Part shown: one piece after another, positions 28,167-41,000 of the stretch | How positions within the stretch are numbered: the first letter of the stretch is position 1 | Layout of the letters: each line of letters opens with the position of its first letter | Notes under the pieces: generated by a model | Told to the model about the DNA's origin: nothing | Seen by the model: the letters and a program-made list of their open reading frames with translations, nothing else | The model's database searches: none | Made by a program: the position numbers and the translations under genes | Assembly (NCBI GenBank): GCA_963924565.1 | Contig: OZ004612.1 | Span: 9,114,001 to 9,178,000, forward strand | Direction: 5' to 3' | Source: Ascidiella aspersa | Taxonomy: Eukaryota | Length of the DNA stretch: 64,000 nt

Positions 28167-28398
28167 CAGTGATTTGCAATATTTTATGGCTTGCGGCACC
28201 CCTTTAAAAATAATAAATAGATTGCGGAACCTCGGTTCAATTTTTGTAAAGTTTCAACTGAATACCCGTACCTGAACAATATTTTCTATCCATTTAATTC
28301 GGCTAGCAGGGAAATGACCAATAACTTGAAATCGCATAAATTGAGTAGACAAGTGGTGTGAACACCTCAGAACACTACGCCAAATTCTCAGAACCGCC
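28167..28398 (+). mobile_element. Degenerate copy of the 'GCGGCACCC' Charlie-type MITE
   Basis: CAGTGATTTGCAA..TTTATGGCTTGCGGCACCCCT..AAAAATAATA is shared with 30476-30530; the 3' end is decayed and approximate. Confidence 0.7.
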
Positions 28399-28470
28399 GT
28401 TGGCTTCTTTCCACATTCGCAATACTTCGAACAACTTACCAAGACCTCAACCTCACTATTTCTTTTCCAG

Positions 28471-29031
28471 GCCAAGTCGGACATCGGAATGGGAGGCAGC
28501 CTTGGTGCTCCCGGTGCCGTCGGCGCGGCTAACATGAAACTCGAGGCAGTGATGGAAAACCTGCAGCGGCAGCACCAGCAGCGCCTTCTCGAGCACCAAC
28601 GCAAGTCGTCGCCCGATGACGTCATCATGGGCGTCGGCGGCGTGGGCAGTGACGTCAGATGCACCCAGGACGACTTCAGCGACGGCTCAGAGCGTCGCCG
28701 CTCCTACTCGGAGTCGCCCAAGGGTGCCATGGCCGACGACTCGGGCGATGATGAGCGACATGACGACAGCGTGACGTCACCGATGGGCATGCTCAAAGAG
28801 GACGATGACGTAAGCTCGGGGGGAAACGAACACCCCCATCACCACATGGGCGAGCGACCCTCGGCGCTTATGGTTCAACAAGTGGCGTTTGCCGCCGCTC
28901 TGGCGCAGAGGTCGTCGCCGGAGGGCGCTGGAGTGCACGGGTCACTGAGCTCTTTGGTGCCGCAAGCGATGCTTCAGTACGGACAGTTCCAAAACAGCAT
29001 CCAGAACATGGACCCCTCACAATTGCCCCAG
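28471..29031 (+). CDS. ARID3: ARID3 exon: N-terminal MKLEAVME motif and acidic low-complexity region
   Basis: Acceptor tttcttttccag ends at 28470; open frame AKSDIG-M(28489)...M(28534)KLEAVMENLQRQ; donor CAG|gtagtt, phase 0. Confidence 0.9.
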
Positions 29032-32000
29032 GTAGTTATACTCCACACTAACTAGATTTTACTTTTAAAATAAACCTTAAAAAACGTATTTTCTTGATAG
29101 GGATGGTCATTAGCTCGTTTTTCAGGTGTTAATCGGAAAATATTTTCTTATCACACTATACTTGACCTTTACAGAACAATTTATCAATTTGCTAGCATAA
29201 TGTGTTTTCAAACATTTCAGCTCATGTGCTTCATGTATACCGTATAGCCGAAAGTTTTAACACATATCTTAACACATCGGCGATTTCCCAAATCCTATTA
29301 AACCGTATTTCAAGGTAAATTAACCTAATGTAAATCTGCCAACTTGCGCGATCGATATTACTACCTATTCCTGGTTATTTCCTGCAGGGCTTTCGCGAGC
29401 TAGCCCTTTTCCAGCAGCAGCAAATGGCACAACGAATGGCAGCCGAAGCTCACAAGAGGATTCAGGAGCAGCAGCAACAACAGCACCAGCAGAATCACCA
29501 ACAGCAAGCGGTGCGGTTTCACCCGTTGTTTTAATTAAAACTATTTGCACTACAGTAATTTTATGACACATTAAACTTGCGTAACAACTGTAATGTTTTG
29601 GATAAAATAATAAGTGACAACTATAGTAGAAGTATGCATAGAGGATTTTTGTCTGTGGTTTTGTTCTTTGTTTGAAAAACAAAAATACATTTTAATTATT
29701 CCAGCTTTGACAATTTAAGACTATAGGTTGCTTATTCCAATCGCTTAATAAACGTTGCAGATGTCATCGCCATAAAACGATTAAAAATAGACTGTTGGAA
29801 AAACATATTATTCAACTGTGTGTTTTAAACTACTTAGCTTTAACTGCAATTAAAATTTCGGTGTTATTTAAAAAAAAATAAGAAAAAAAAAATAAGACTA
29901 ATTCAAACTATGTTCGATTATGGGTAAAATGCATATATTTATGTTTTTGTAGTATTTAATTCGGCTTAAACTGAATATATGTAAAAAGGCTGGTTAAAAT
30001 AGTTTTATTTTAATTCAATTGAGTAAATCTTATAATCCAACCAACAAAATGACTGGCTGCTTTTCATTGTTTATCCAACTCATGCGGCAATCTGGCAAAT
30101 TCATCGGCGTATTAATTTCTCACAACTAAATTTGACACTCGACACACACGAATTTGCCAAATAGAAATCGGCAGATACGATCTCGGCGCGGCGGGATAAT
30201 CTTCAAAAGCAGTTATTGGCAAATAAAACGCCAGATGTTATCAGCCACTAGGAAGTATATGGTCGCTCAGCAAAGCGCGGGTTGCGTTTTAATTTCGCGA
30301 GTGAAGCCTGATAAAATATTAACGGCGCTGTAATTATAATTTGTGAAAGTGTTAAATCAATTTATCTGTGCGGGTGCAAGTAAAATACTTAACATTCGCT
30401 TGGCATCGGTTACTTTGATATTACAGTTCCACCATTTTTCGCGAACTTTCGATGACATTAAACTTCGCCCTAAACCAGTGATTCTTGAACTTTATGGCTT
30501 GCGGCACCCCTCAAAAATAATAGTTAGCTTTCCGGCACTCCGACTGGAATTTCGTTGGTTGGGTGTTTTAATGATATGTCACTGTAAATAGAATTAAACA
30601 ACACAATCAACTTAAAAATGTAGGCAAATATCATTTAATATATTCGTATTTAATAAATATATAGTTAAACAAATAGTTGTATCACGATGCTTACCAATTG
30701 AGCAAAAATCAGATTCTTAAAAATTATCAAATACCTATGGACTCCCTTGAGGCATTAAAAATGGCACACCAGGGCGCCGCGGCACCCCGGTTGAGAACCA
30801 CTGTTCTAAACATATATGTTTTTGTTACGTCAACAATTTTTTAACCTCACAGCAGACCCACCAGGCCCCAGCGTTGCACAACCCTGCGCCCGGCCCCCAC
30901 CACCCTCAGTCCGAGCACTCGTCGGCCAATTCGTCGATGACGTCAAGCGTGACGTCACAGCCCAAGGGGGGCAGCAACGGCGGATCGAGCGCTGGCTCCA
31001 ACCAGCAGGAGTGGACTTACGAAGAGCAGTTTAAACAGGTTTGTGAATTATTTTAACATGTAAATGTGGTTCTTGAATAAAAAGTGTTACGTTTAAAGAA
31101 CTATTATGGGTCATCTAGGCCGCTGGAACTGTTGAAAGACACTTGGGGTTAAAATAGTTATACACAAAATTGTCATTCTTAGCTATTATACTGCTTGGAA
31201 TCAATTAAGATGCCTGTAATTTGCTAATAGGGAACTACAAAAGAATAAGAGAAAACACAGTCATACAACGATCGAAACAATGTTATGCTACAATCGAAAC
31301 ATTCCATTGATCACATTAGGCAAAAATCGTATATTGTATATTTAACACTAAATGAAAACCATGTATGTTCCTGAAATTCAAAAATAGGAGACACTTAAAA
31401 TTAAGAACCCCAGCAATGCCTTTGTTTATGTCACAAGCCAAACGATATGCAGCGTTCACGACTTTCTCCCGTCGCTATCGCTAGCAACCAGCAACAAGCC
31501 GCATCCTCGGCTGTAGAGGACTTGTAAAAATAGCCTTCCTACAAGCGTCGTGCCGATAAGGACAAGCAGACACTATCTGGACGCAAAGCAGGCAAGCGCG
31601 ATTGCAATACATATCGAGCAATCGTATTCGATTTGACACGCGCCATTTCCACTTAAACAGCGGCCTGTCCAAAATGTGGCCTGTCACGTAAAGTTGCTGT
31701 TTAACGAGTGGAATTAAAACACAGCAATTGCAATTAGGTGCTGAGGCATGAAAATTTGGTTGCGCATGCCGCGACAAGTCTCGCGACCGCGAAGTGAGTT
31801 TTAAAAATCAGGTTTAACAACTGCGTGTGGCTTTCTATTTGACTCAGGATAACCACCAAGATAACAAAGAAGCTAAAATAATCCCTGTTTGACAGAAGTG
31901 ATATTTAGCAGTAGAGTTTGTGTTTTTCAAAAACTTATTCTTTTTTTTCTTAACAGTTTATGTTTTAAAATTTTAAAGTTTTTGGTTAACAAATACTGGC

Positions 32001-35000
32001 CAGTAATTTACATTTTTACTCTTCATAGTTGAATCTAATCATATGTTTTACTGTTTCGCTCGGCCTGGCAAGTCGTATTTAAAAACAACTTTTGGGGTCC
32101 ATTTGTTGTTACGCTAAAAGGGGTTTCGATCACTTGCGATTGCTGATTGAAGCGCCCCCAAATCGCCCCCACCCCCACCTTCTAACCTCAAAAGAGAATC
32201 TGACTTAAATTAATTGCCCGGCTGCGAAATTATTCGGCGAATGTCTGCCCCAGGGGGGTGGGGGTGGTTCGACCTCGATTTGGAGCCACTTCAGACGCGG
32301 CGCCGGGGGTACCTTGGGTTGTTCTATGGGGACACAGACACCCTTTTCACCCCCATCCAAGGGGGGGGGGTGTTTCTTCATCCATCGAGAGTTGCAATGA
32401 GGCGTTACGAATAGATAAGAACCTCGCAGGGGATTAGTCCGCTGTGCCCATTGTTTTATCCCTGCTCGTCGTTTGGGAGATGAAAGCTCCTGATATCAAG
32501 CCCAGATTAAATTAGGCGCTCGCTTAAATCAACTCTCGACTGTGTTTTTTGGCCGCAATCCGCATTTTATTTTGACTCCTGTGAAGTGGCCGCTTCTTCG
32601 CATTGCTCGGGTGATTAATCACCGATTTTTTCGTGTGCATTCTGTGGATTATAAGCTGCATTTGAAACTTGCATGACCTACACGTAACTCTATACGCAAT
32701 AAACCACACCTTAATTCCCATTAAATCAACCACGAAAACAAGCTATTGCATTAGCAGCCCTACATTTTTTATAATCGATTTTTTAGCGGCCTGTATTATT
32801 TTGCGCACTCTGTCACTTCGCAATGGGCTTTCTATTTGCGACCTTGTTGCGGTTTAAACGAGCTTCGGTCAAACTGCGGCGGCGAAATCGTTTGAAATCA
32901 GCCGTGGAGCATCGAAATGCGATTTGCCGGCCGGCAAGCGTGCTTTAATTGTTGCGCATTGGCTTATAATTGCGAGGGTCCCGTTGGGACCGAATTGCCG
33001 ATATTGTTTTTATTTGCTGTTTCGCCTCCGAAACACGCGCTTTCGTCCTCGGCGCATATCAAGCTGTCCTTTATCGCGAATGCACAATCAAATCTCGTCA
33101 AATCTAAACGACAGGGCAATAACCCGGACGGAGCCACTAGAATCTGGCGGATTCCGCTCGAATGTGAACAGCAATCGATTTCGACTATTTTTTTGCTCCA
33201 TTTTGTCTTTTTACGCTCTGCTACAGACGCGAATGTTGCATTTGTGTTGAAATTCTTTTTCTTTTGAGTTGTTATGATCTACCGATTCTATTCGTTACAT
33301 CAGACATTTGCTGACCAAAAAAATTAAATTGACTTAAAAAACATTATGAAACATTATGAAAACGAGTTAATAGTCGGAATGTGTAAGTTGTTTCACCCAA
33401 TTAGTTTGCAGAATCGAAGATTCAACCAAACGATTCATCCAAGATTTAACCACTTATGTTATGCGAGTATAAGTAAAACTGGGCACCCAATTCTTGGTAG
33501 TATAAATCTATTCGATAAAACGCGAGAGATGTGCAATTTTCAAACACATGACTCGTCAGAAGAACTCCAAACGATCTTCTTTTTTCCCTGTGTGCAAGTG
33601 CATATGGTTTCAACAAAACCGACGTGAATACGGCGAGAGTTGCAACTTAAAAAATGGAGACGCCTGTCGGAGTTATGCAGTTAGGTGCGGGCACGGACAA
33701 CCGCCGACTCGAAACCATAGCTCACTTCTAACCGGAGTCCATTACTGCCTCGCCAAGCAGGGCACGTGCGACGTGGGGGGGGCATCGTACCCTCGAGTTG
33801 CGCAATTCTTGATTTTCAGCGCAACCCCGCGTAAACATTACGTCACCCCCCCGTTATAGTTACACGTTCTCGAATTTGCGGCGTCCGAAAAGCGGATTAA
33901 ACCTATAGGGAGAGTGTCAGCATGGCCCCCCTCCGGTAAAATACCAACGACGGTCCCTGGACCCTCCGTTCAACTTCCTCTCGATCCAGTGTACATAAAC
34001 TATACGCGGCGAGATAAGGGATCGACTCTATAGCGAGGAGTCCCCCCCACCCCCTTTGCTAAACCCCAAGCCCCCCTAAGGTTCTCCATAAACAAGAAAG
34101 CAGGATTAGCAAAACACGGCGGCCACGGTTCGCCGCTCGAGGGGTCAAGTTCCAGCGCTACCCAGCATCCCGGGGGTTGCGCGACTCCCACAGATCGAGT
34201 TACTCTGATGCCTTCGTCGGACACTTTCGGCCGCTCTCTCTTTCATTTAGCTCCCTTCGAGCAGATCTTACCCCAAGGGGGAGGGGGGTGGGTGGATGCT
34301 GTTGAAAGGGTTAAAAATGAACATACGCTCGACACAGGCGTAGCGTAGGGCGCGTATATGCTATTCGAGAGCGCATCCCGGCCGTTTAGTCATGGGAGAC
34401 TGGCGCAGGAAATGTTTGTTTTACGAAGTTGCGCGCCACTTTAAAAAGACGAACCGGGCTATATGAAGGGTACCCGGCCTTTACGGGATGCCGTCGTTGT
34501 TCTCGTCTATTTTTCAGCAAAATGCAACACCCGCATATTTGCACTTCCACTTGTTTGTTCCCGTGTATAGCTTTCGCCGACGGTCGCTCACCAGTCCGGC
34601 CCTTTTTTGTCTTTTGATTTATTTTAGTTTATGCGCCAGAAACTCGAGCTCAAACATCCTTCAAATATTTCGTCAGGTTTTAGTCCATTTCGCAGTGTTT
34701 CCGATAAACATATGTGCTTAGCGTTGAGCTCATACTGTTTTTTGTTAGGAAAAGGCTCGTTAAAACTTAAAAGTATATACAAACCAATATCACAAATTCT
34801 TGCAATGCTCCAAAAGATTGCGTTAACTATTAAAGTTTGTTTGATAAAGTTGTGGTTCGTTTAATTCAACAAAACTACATGTCAACGAGTTAATATATAC
34901 TGTAATCCTCGTAAAGATGCTGTATAACACCAACGTCAACAACTCACGAAATAGCACCTTATCGACATTACACCCCACGTTCTCCCAAATGTAAGCGCGC

Positions 35001-38000
35001 TGTCTGTCGGATTCGGTCAGTCTTACGTTTGGTTTCCTATCTCCCTGCCAAAAAGAAAATTAATTTTCGGTGTCTTATCATCGACCCTCACCCCTCACCC
35101 TTCAACCCCCGGTTCATTTGCTTTAAACCGCCCCAGATCCCGGATTCGCGTTCGTTTAAAGTCCTCAAGTCGGCATTCCTTGTTATAAGGCGGCATTAAG
35201 TTCAATCTGTCTTCGCTACCCCTTACCCCCGCACCCCTCAAAAAACGAGCGAGAATTAATCTTTACCCACTGCCCCCTACCGTTGGCTCCACGCCAAGCG
35301 CCCCTTGTCGTCCCGGCTACGGGTCACTTGCCAAATGGACATCTTATTTACCCAATATCACACGCCCGAATCGTAACGCAAAGCCCCCCTTGTACTGTTC
35401 GCGTTGCCCGCTTTGGTACACTGCTTTTTTCGTGTTGGCTAATTTGTGCCGCTTTTTGAAAAGCTGCCGAACACAAAACTTATATTTGCTTGCCTGGAAC
35501 TTTTTGCTTGCGCCCAATATGTCATCAGTTCGCTTGATCTCTTGGTTTTTACGTCACACGCGTCTATTTAAAGACATGTTGAGGCGTTTCTTATCTTGTT
35601 GCCGTATTTGTTTTTCCTTGGTAAATAACTTTTCGATTCAAAAAATTCAATCAAACGAGAGCAAATAATATGAAAACGGATAAATTTATTTTAAAGTATT
35701 TAACAAGTCGCACAGTAAAAGTACGCACTACGCACGTATGATATTTGATTCACTTTTATGAGAATCATTTCAAATCGGCTTTTAATTATTACATATCGAC
35801 GTGGCTTTTGGTTTAAACGGCAGCAACAACTACAAATGTTGTGGTTGGTTTGCTGCCCGTCCAGATTTTCTGGGGATAAATTTAAAAATATTGTAGTATT
35901 GTTCGTGTCGGTCTTTTTAGAACAACCTTTGTTTCTGGCGTTTTCTTGATTTCTCCACCTGCCATAAGACCCATTTAATTTGCAGCTGCGTTGTGTATTT
36001 GGGTGAAAGGTAAAGCTTCAATAAATCGATAGACTATCTACAATAGGTGAGGGTTCAACCTATTAAAATCGCAGTTGGATTATCTTATTTAAATGTCGAC
36101 GCAGCTGCTAACAAATAGAAATCATCTTTCACATATTCACTACATCAGATTGTACTAATCTTACAGAGCGTTGCATTGATTGAAGCAGGTGTAACCCCTG
36201 CGGACGTGTGCTTTTAGTTGTATGTGCGCTGGAAAAATCGATATTTTATTATAAAAGATTTCTCAGGTCACCAAAACAAGACCACCTATGCGTGGGGTTA
36301 ATTTAGACATAATTTAGACGGAAGTAGCAATTAGGCGCCTTTCGACTTTTCGACTTTCTCCACATGCATTAATATAATTCCGTCATTTGCTCAGCAGAAT
36401 CAAAACCTTTTCGGGGTATTTTTGTAAACCTTTAAAAACAACGATTTTTTAACTGTTCATTTTCTCATTGAGCGCTAAGGAGTTTTGTTTTATTAAGCGA
36501 AACATCCCGCAATAGCAAACACCCAAAATACATCGTTTCCAAAACTCCAAAAAAAATTTAGCGAAAAAAGTAAAAAGAAATCGCGCGTACGGTGCAGCTG
36601 GCAGGAGGTTGCGTGCTTCCCAGGGCGTCTCGAGTGACCTTGGAGGTCAAATGACCAGATCACCTGTTGACCTTATGTCCTGAAAACAGTGGACAGACGC
36701 CGACTGACCGGATATTAAAACTTTTGCCAGCACGCCAGCTTTAATTGGGGGTCAAAGGTGTCAGGGGGTGCACTGACCAGCCGACAGTGCCTGGGTGCTT
36801 TGTAACCCGACCCCACATAACAAGACGAACCCCTGGGTCAATAAAACCAGACCCCGAATGGAGTCTAGTAGGGGACGTGTGCGCCCAAAACTGGACACGG
36901 AGTTTACCAAAGATGGCTTGGAAATAGTCGCTGGGTGATAATTTTTGTGAAGGGTGGTTTGGTTTGAATGTAATTAAAAATTGACCAGCGAACTTTTATA
37001 TAAAATTCAAACTGTCTCAAAAGTTTGCTACGCTTGAATAATGAGTAGTGTTTTCATTAAGCCGCCCCCTTAAACTATTTTATTGCTCGCTGTAAAATGT
37101 GCCACAACAAAATCCATGCCTTCATCAGTCGCACGAATTTGTTGACTTATTTTTTATAGTTATGTAAAATAAAACGCTATCTATACGCAAATCTCATTTG
37201 CTGTATATGCACATCAAATATCAAAACTTCGAAGCTTAAATTAAAACTATATCTACTCTTCGCAACGTAAAATTGCAGGGCTGCTTTTAAAAGCTATTTG
37301 CGGGGTTTATAAATGTCGTAAATCACTTAAAATGCGTTTCTACTAGTGGGACGCGTTGTGCAACGATATTGCACAGCGAGATTTTCTCGTAAATTGCTCG
37401 TAAAGACCCGACATGAGTTCCAACGCTGCATTGCCGTTTGTTCCGCCAATCAGCGGGCGCGCCGTAAAATGGCCATTGTGACGCTTGAACGGGCACTGTG
37501 ACGATGACCGACCGGGGCAGCTGGCGCGAAATCGACCCACTGCACTGGACACAGAAATGCAGCAAAACGCGCAAATTATTGCGCAATAAGCGATTCGGTC
37601 GCCGCAGGGGGGCGCTGTGGTCGATTGGCTTTGATGCGGCCAAAACGCCCCAATCGCTTTACCAGGGGGGTGGGGGAATTAAAAATTCATAAGCGGCCGA
37701 CAGGGATGGGGCGCGAAATCAGATTCGCGATTTGTAAGCGAATTGGCTACATAATAGAGAGCGCGCGCGCTTGTGTTTATGTTCGTTTTTTGTCTGTACC
37801 ACCTGCATTTTGTCGCGCCATCACTTATTCATGGCGCGATTGGCGAAAAATCGACCGGCCGGTGATCGCGCATCAATAATGCACGCGCGTACACAGGCCG
37901 CATTCGAATGCGACACTTCAATACATCGGCGCCACAAATTTACCGCCGCGGGGTTTGGGCCTCCCTTTTCCAGCAAAACCGCGCGCAGAGCACCGGGCCT

Positions 38001-41000
38001 TAATTGCGTCGGCGCGCGCGAAACGCCATCACTTATTTATGTTTCAATTTCGCTGAAATAAGCGCCGATCGCGCCCCCGCTTAAAGACCCCCTATAACCC
38101 GCGAAAGCTGCCCGCCGCGCCGTATAAACTCAATTATTAATGGGCGGCGTCTGATTGCCCGAAATTCGCGCGCGCCCGCTTTGTTTTTTCGCGTTGGCGT
38201 CGCAAATGGCCGCATCCGGCAAGCGTTAGTGGAAGCCCGCTTGGCAGCAGCGTTCAAAGAAAAGCAGGTAAACTGTGACGCATCTGCTGATTTGCGGTCG
38301 GCGAAATTGGATTGGCCGCCGTGCGCGAAAATCGGGCGCTATCGTGGTCGCGGACTGAAGCCTGTACACTCTCTTGGGGAGATTGGCGGAAATTTTTTTT
38401 TCGGAAACGCTATTGCGAAGAGCGCAGCGAAGAGCGCAGCGAATGACCTGTATCGTGAGAAATTTCGCGCACATTTGAAAAAAAAGCGGCTAAATATATG
38501 TGAACGGGGCTTCGCTGCGTTGATATCTAAGTGGCCCCGAAGAAATGGGTCTAATGGCCTGGGGCATACGCGGCCGACCGGGCGTGGCCCCTCCAACTTG
38601 TGTCGCCGATGTGTCTGTAAGCTTTACGCGAATTTCGTTATTTACGTTCGCCGGTCTTGAGCGAGACGAACGAGAAAGCTTTTCGGCTCGAACGACATTA
38701 TTTTTAATCGTGACAATGTCGCCGTTTGATCGCCGAAAGCGAATGTTGACGTTTTTCGCGGCTTCCATTCAAGCGGCTGCGGTGTTTAACCTTTGAGGCA
38801 AGCACAGGTGTTGCGCGTGTATTCCAGCGGCTGTAAAAAGTAAACAAAAAACGCCATCAGAGGCGGCAAGCGGCGCTTTACTCACACCCCTAAAAATGTC
38901 AACAGGAAAGCGAAAACCGAGGGGATTTCACACGTTTTAGCGTCTCCCTTTATTTCGACTATTTTAAGATAGCGCGTCGCACTTGTCGAATCACACTTTA
39001 TTCTATATGGCGCGTTGTACAGATAACTTAATTTCGAAGAGCAAAGTAAATTGGAGGGGGCAGAGAGAACATTTTATGGGGCAACTCAAATATATTGGTG
39101 TAACTAAAAGATGATGACCAAATCACTGCACAGGTTGCCAAACAAAAACGAACAAAAAAACGCTGGTCGAAATTTATTTTAAGCTAACGTAATTAGGTAC
39201 ATCATAGTCAGTTGGAAAATATACTATAGGGCAGGATTTTGCAATCTTTTTTCGCTAGCGGCACCCATACAGAAGTGATTAACTGCAACGTTACAATAAA
39301 CGATATTGAAACAGCACATTAACTGTGCAACAACGTTGAAAAACCCTTAATTTTTTGCACTTTTGTCGTACAAAAAAAATTGTATATAGTAGCTTACCAA
39401 TAGAGCAAAAATTGGATTCCTAAAGAATTTGAAATATCTCTCGGAAGCCTTGAGCGTTAAAAATGATACCCGAGAATGCCGCTGCACACCGGGGGGGGGG
39501 GGGGAACCACTAAACTAGGAGTACCTTATTTTTCTTGAAAACTCACAAAGCAGGAAGGAGCATTGCGCAATTGTACAAGATGGTCGCCTCGCAATTCATT
39601 CCAACGCAGTCGGGTAGTTATGGGGGGGGGGGGGGTATATAAGGGAGGCCCGCCTCGATACAGGAGGCTCTTATGTCGCGCGATTCGTCGTTTCGAGAGA
39701 CATCACAAAGCACTCGAGCCCACAGATGTTCAGCCTCGTATGCGTGCGTGTGTATGTGTGCGTGTGCTCCTAAGGGGTTTAAATAAGGGGGTAGGGGGGC
39801 CTTATAACTTTTATCATCAAGTTGGGCCGCGCCCCGGATCGATAAGTTGCCATTGTGTGGCGAACGGCCGACGGTCACTCTCGCCGATTCGAGTGGCGAT
39901 TTCGACGGGACTCGACGTTCTTTCTGCCTCCTCCTCGATCGCTCAACACTTTCGCCTCGGATATTGATCGAAATTAAGTGTCCGACTCTAAACTTTAGCG
40001 CTGCGCTGCGGCGCAAAACAATTAATGCTCTGGCTGCCTATACAAGTATTCAGTTATCCCTCCCCCTATAGCTCTTACAAGTGCGCGCGCGTGTGTGTTT
40101 TATTTAGCCCTCCTTTGTCCGACCGGGAGACTAAATTTAATTGAAACACTGAGGGTGCTGGGCGCGCAGGCGGCCCACGCTGTTTTTTGCTGTTTTGTGG
40201 TTAGTAAAATTTTGTATATATATAGTTAGAATTCCTCTTTTGCCAGAAAAAAAAGCGCCAGAAAACAACTGTTTTCATAAAAGTAAAACATCTTGTAGTA
40301 TGTTGAAAAGCAAAAACTTAAGAACAATACCTATCACATTCTAATACATTAACTACTCTTCGTCTAATAAGCTTATACTTACCTGCGGTTTTTATCTAAT
40401 TTAATTACACGAGTGCACAAGCCTTGCCATTAACGCGAAATCTCTAATGCATTCGTTCATTAGAAGCGAATCCCGATAGTTTGATTTGGACCTATCGTGG
40501 CAAACTAATGAATTAATTGCGGCCAATGCAATCACGACGTTGGAATTAGGCCGTGTGCATCACGTGTACCACTGTCAATCTTTACCAGCAATGCGCATCT
40601 TATTATCCATTGGACAGTTTATAATTAGTTAACACTAACAATTAAATATAATTGTAATACATTGAAAATGTTTTAAATCACACACAATCGTCTAAATCGC
40701 ATTTTTAACAAAACTTACAAATAAGAAATTTCCTTGGTCAACTGAATTGGTTACTAAACGGTTAAAAATGTATAAAAGTTTCAGTTGTCAATTTTAAAGA
40801 TTTTCAATAGTAATTGTTCTCCGTGTCAAATTAGTGATTTGTGCAGCATCATATATGGTTGAAAGAAAACGTAAACTTAAAGGGCGAAACAGGCCTCTGT
40901 GTAAGCGACCTTTTAAGTTTTCGGCCAGATGTAATTAATCTCGTTGAGAAGGCCTCGAAAACACTTTTTCCCGCTTTTTTCTTCGTTTTTTTCTTATTGC

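Noticed and set aside
1-28470. Dozens of 60-134 aa ORFs in the six-frame track upstream of ARID3
   Set aside because: No recognisable domains and no consistent splice chain; they coincide with stop-poor GC islands or repeats, and many start at TTG/GTG, which is not meaningful for a eukaryote.
28254-28664. Antisense ORFs opposite coding exons (also 29365-29682, 48412-48900, 60485-60838)
   Set aside because: Shadow frames of real exons.
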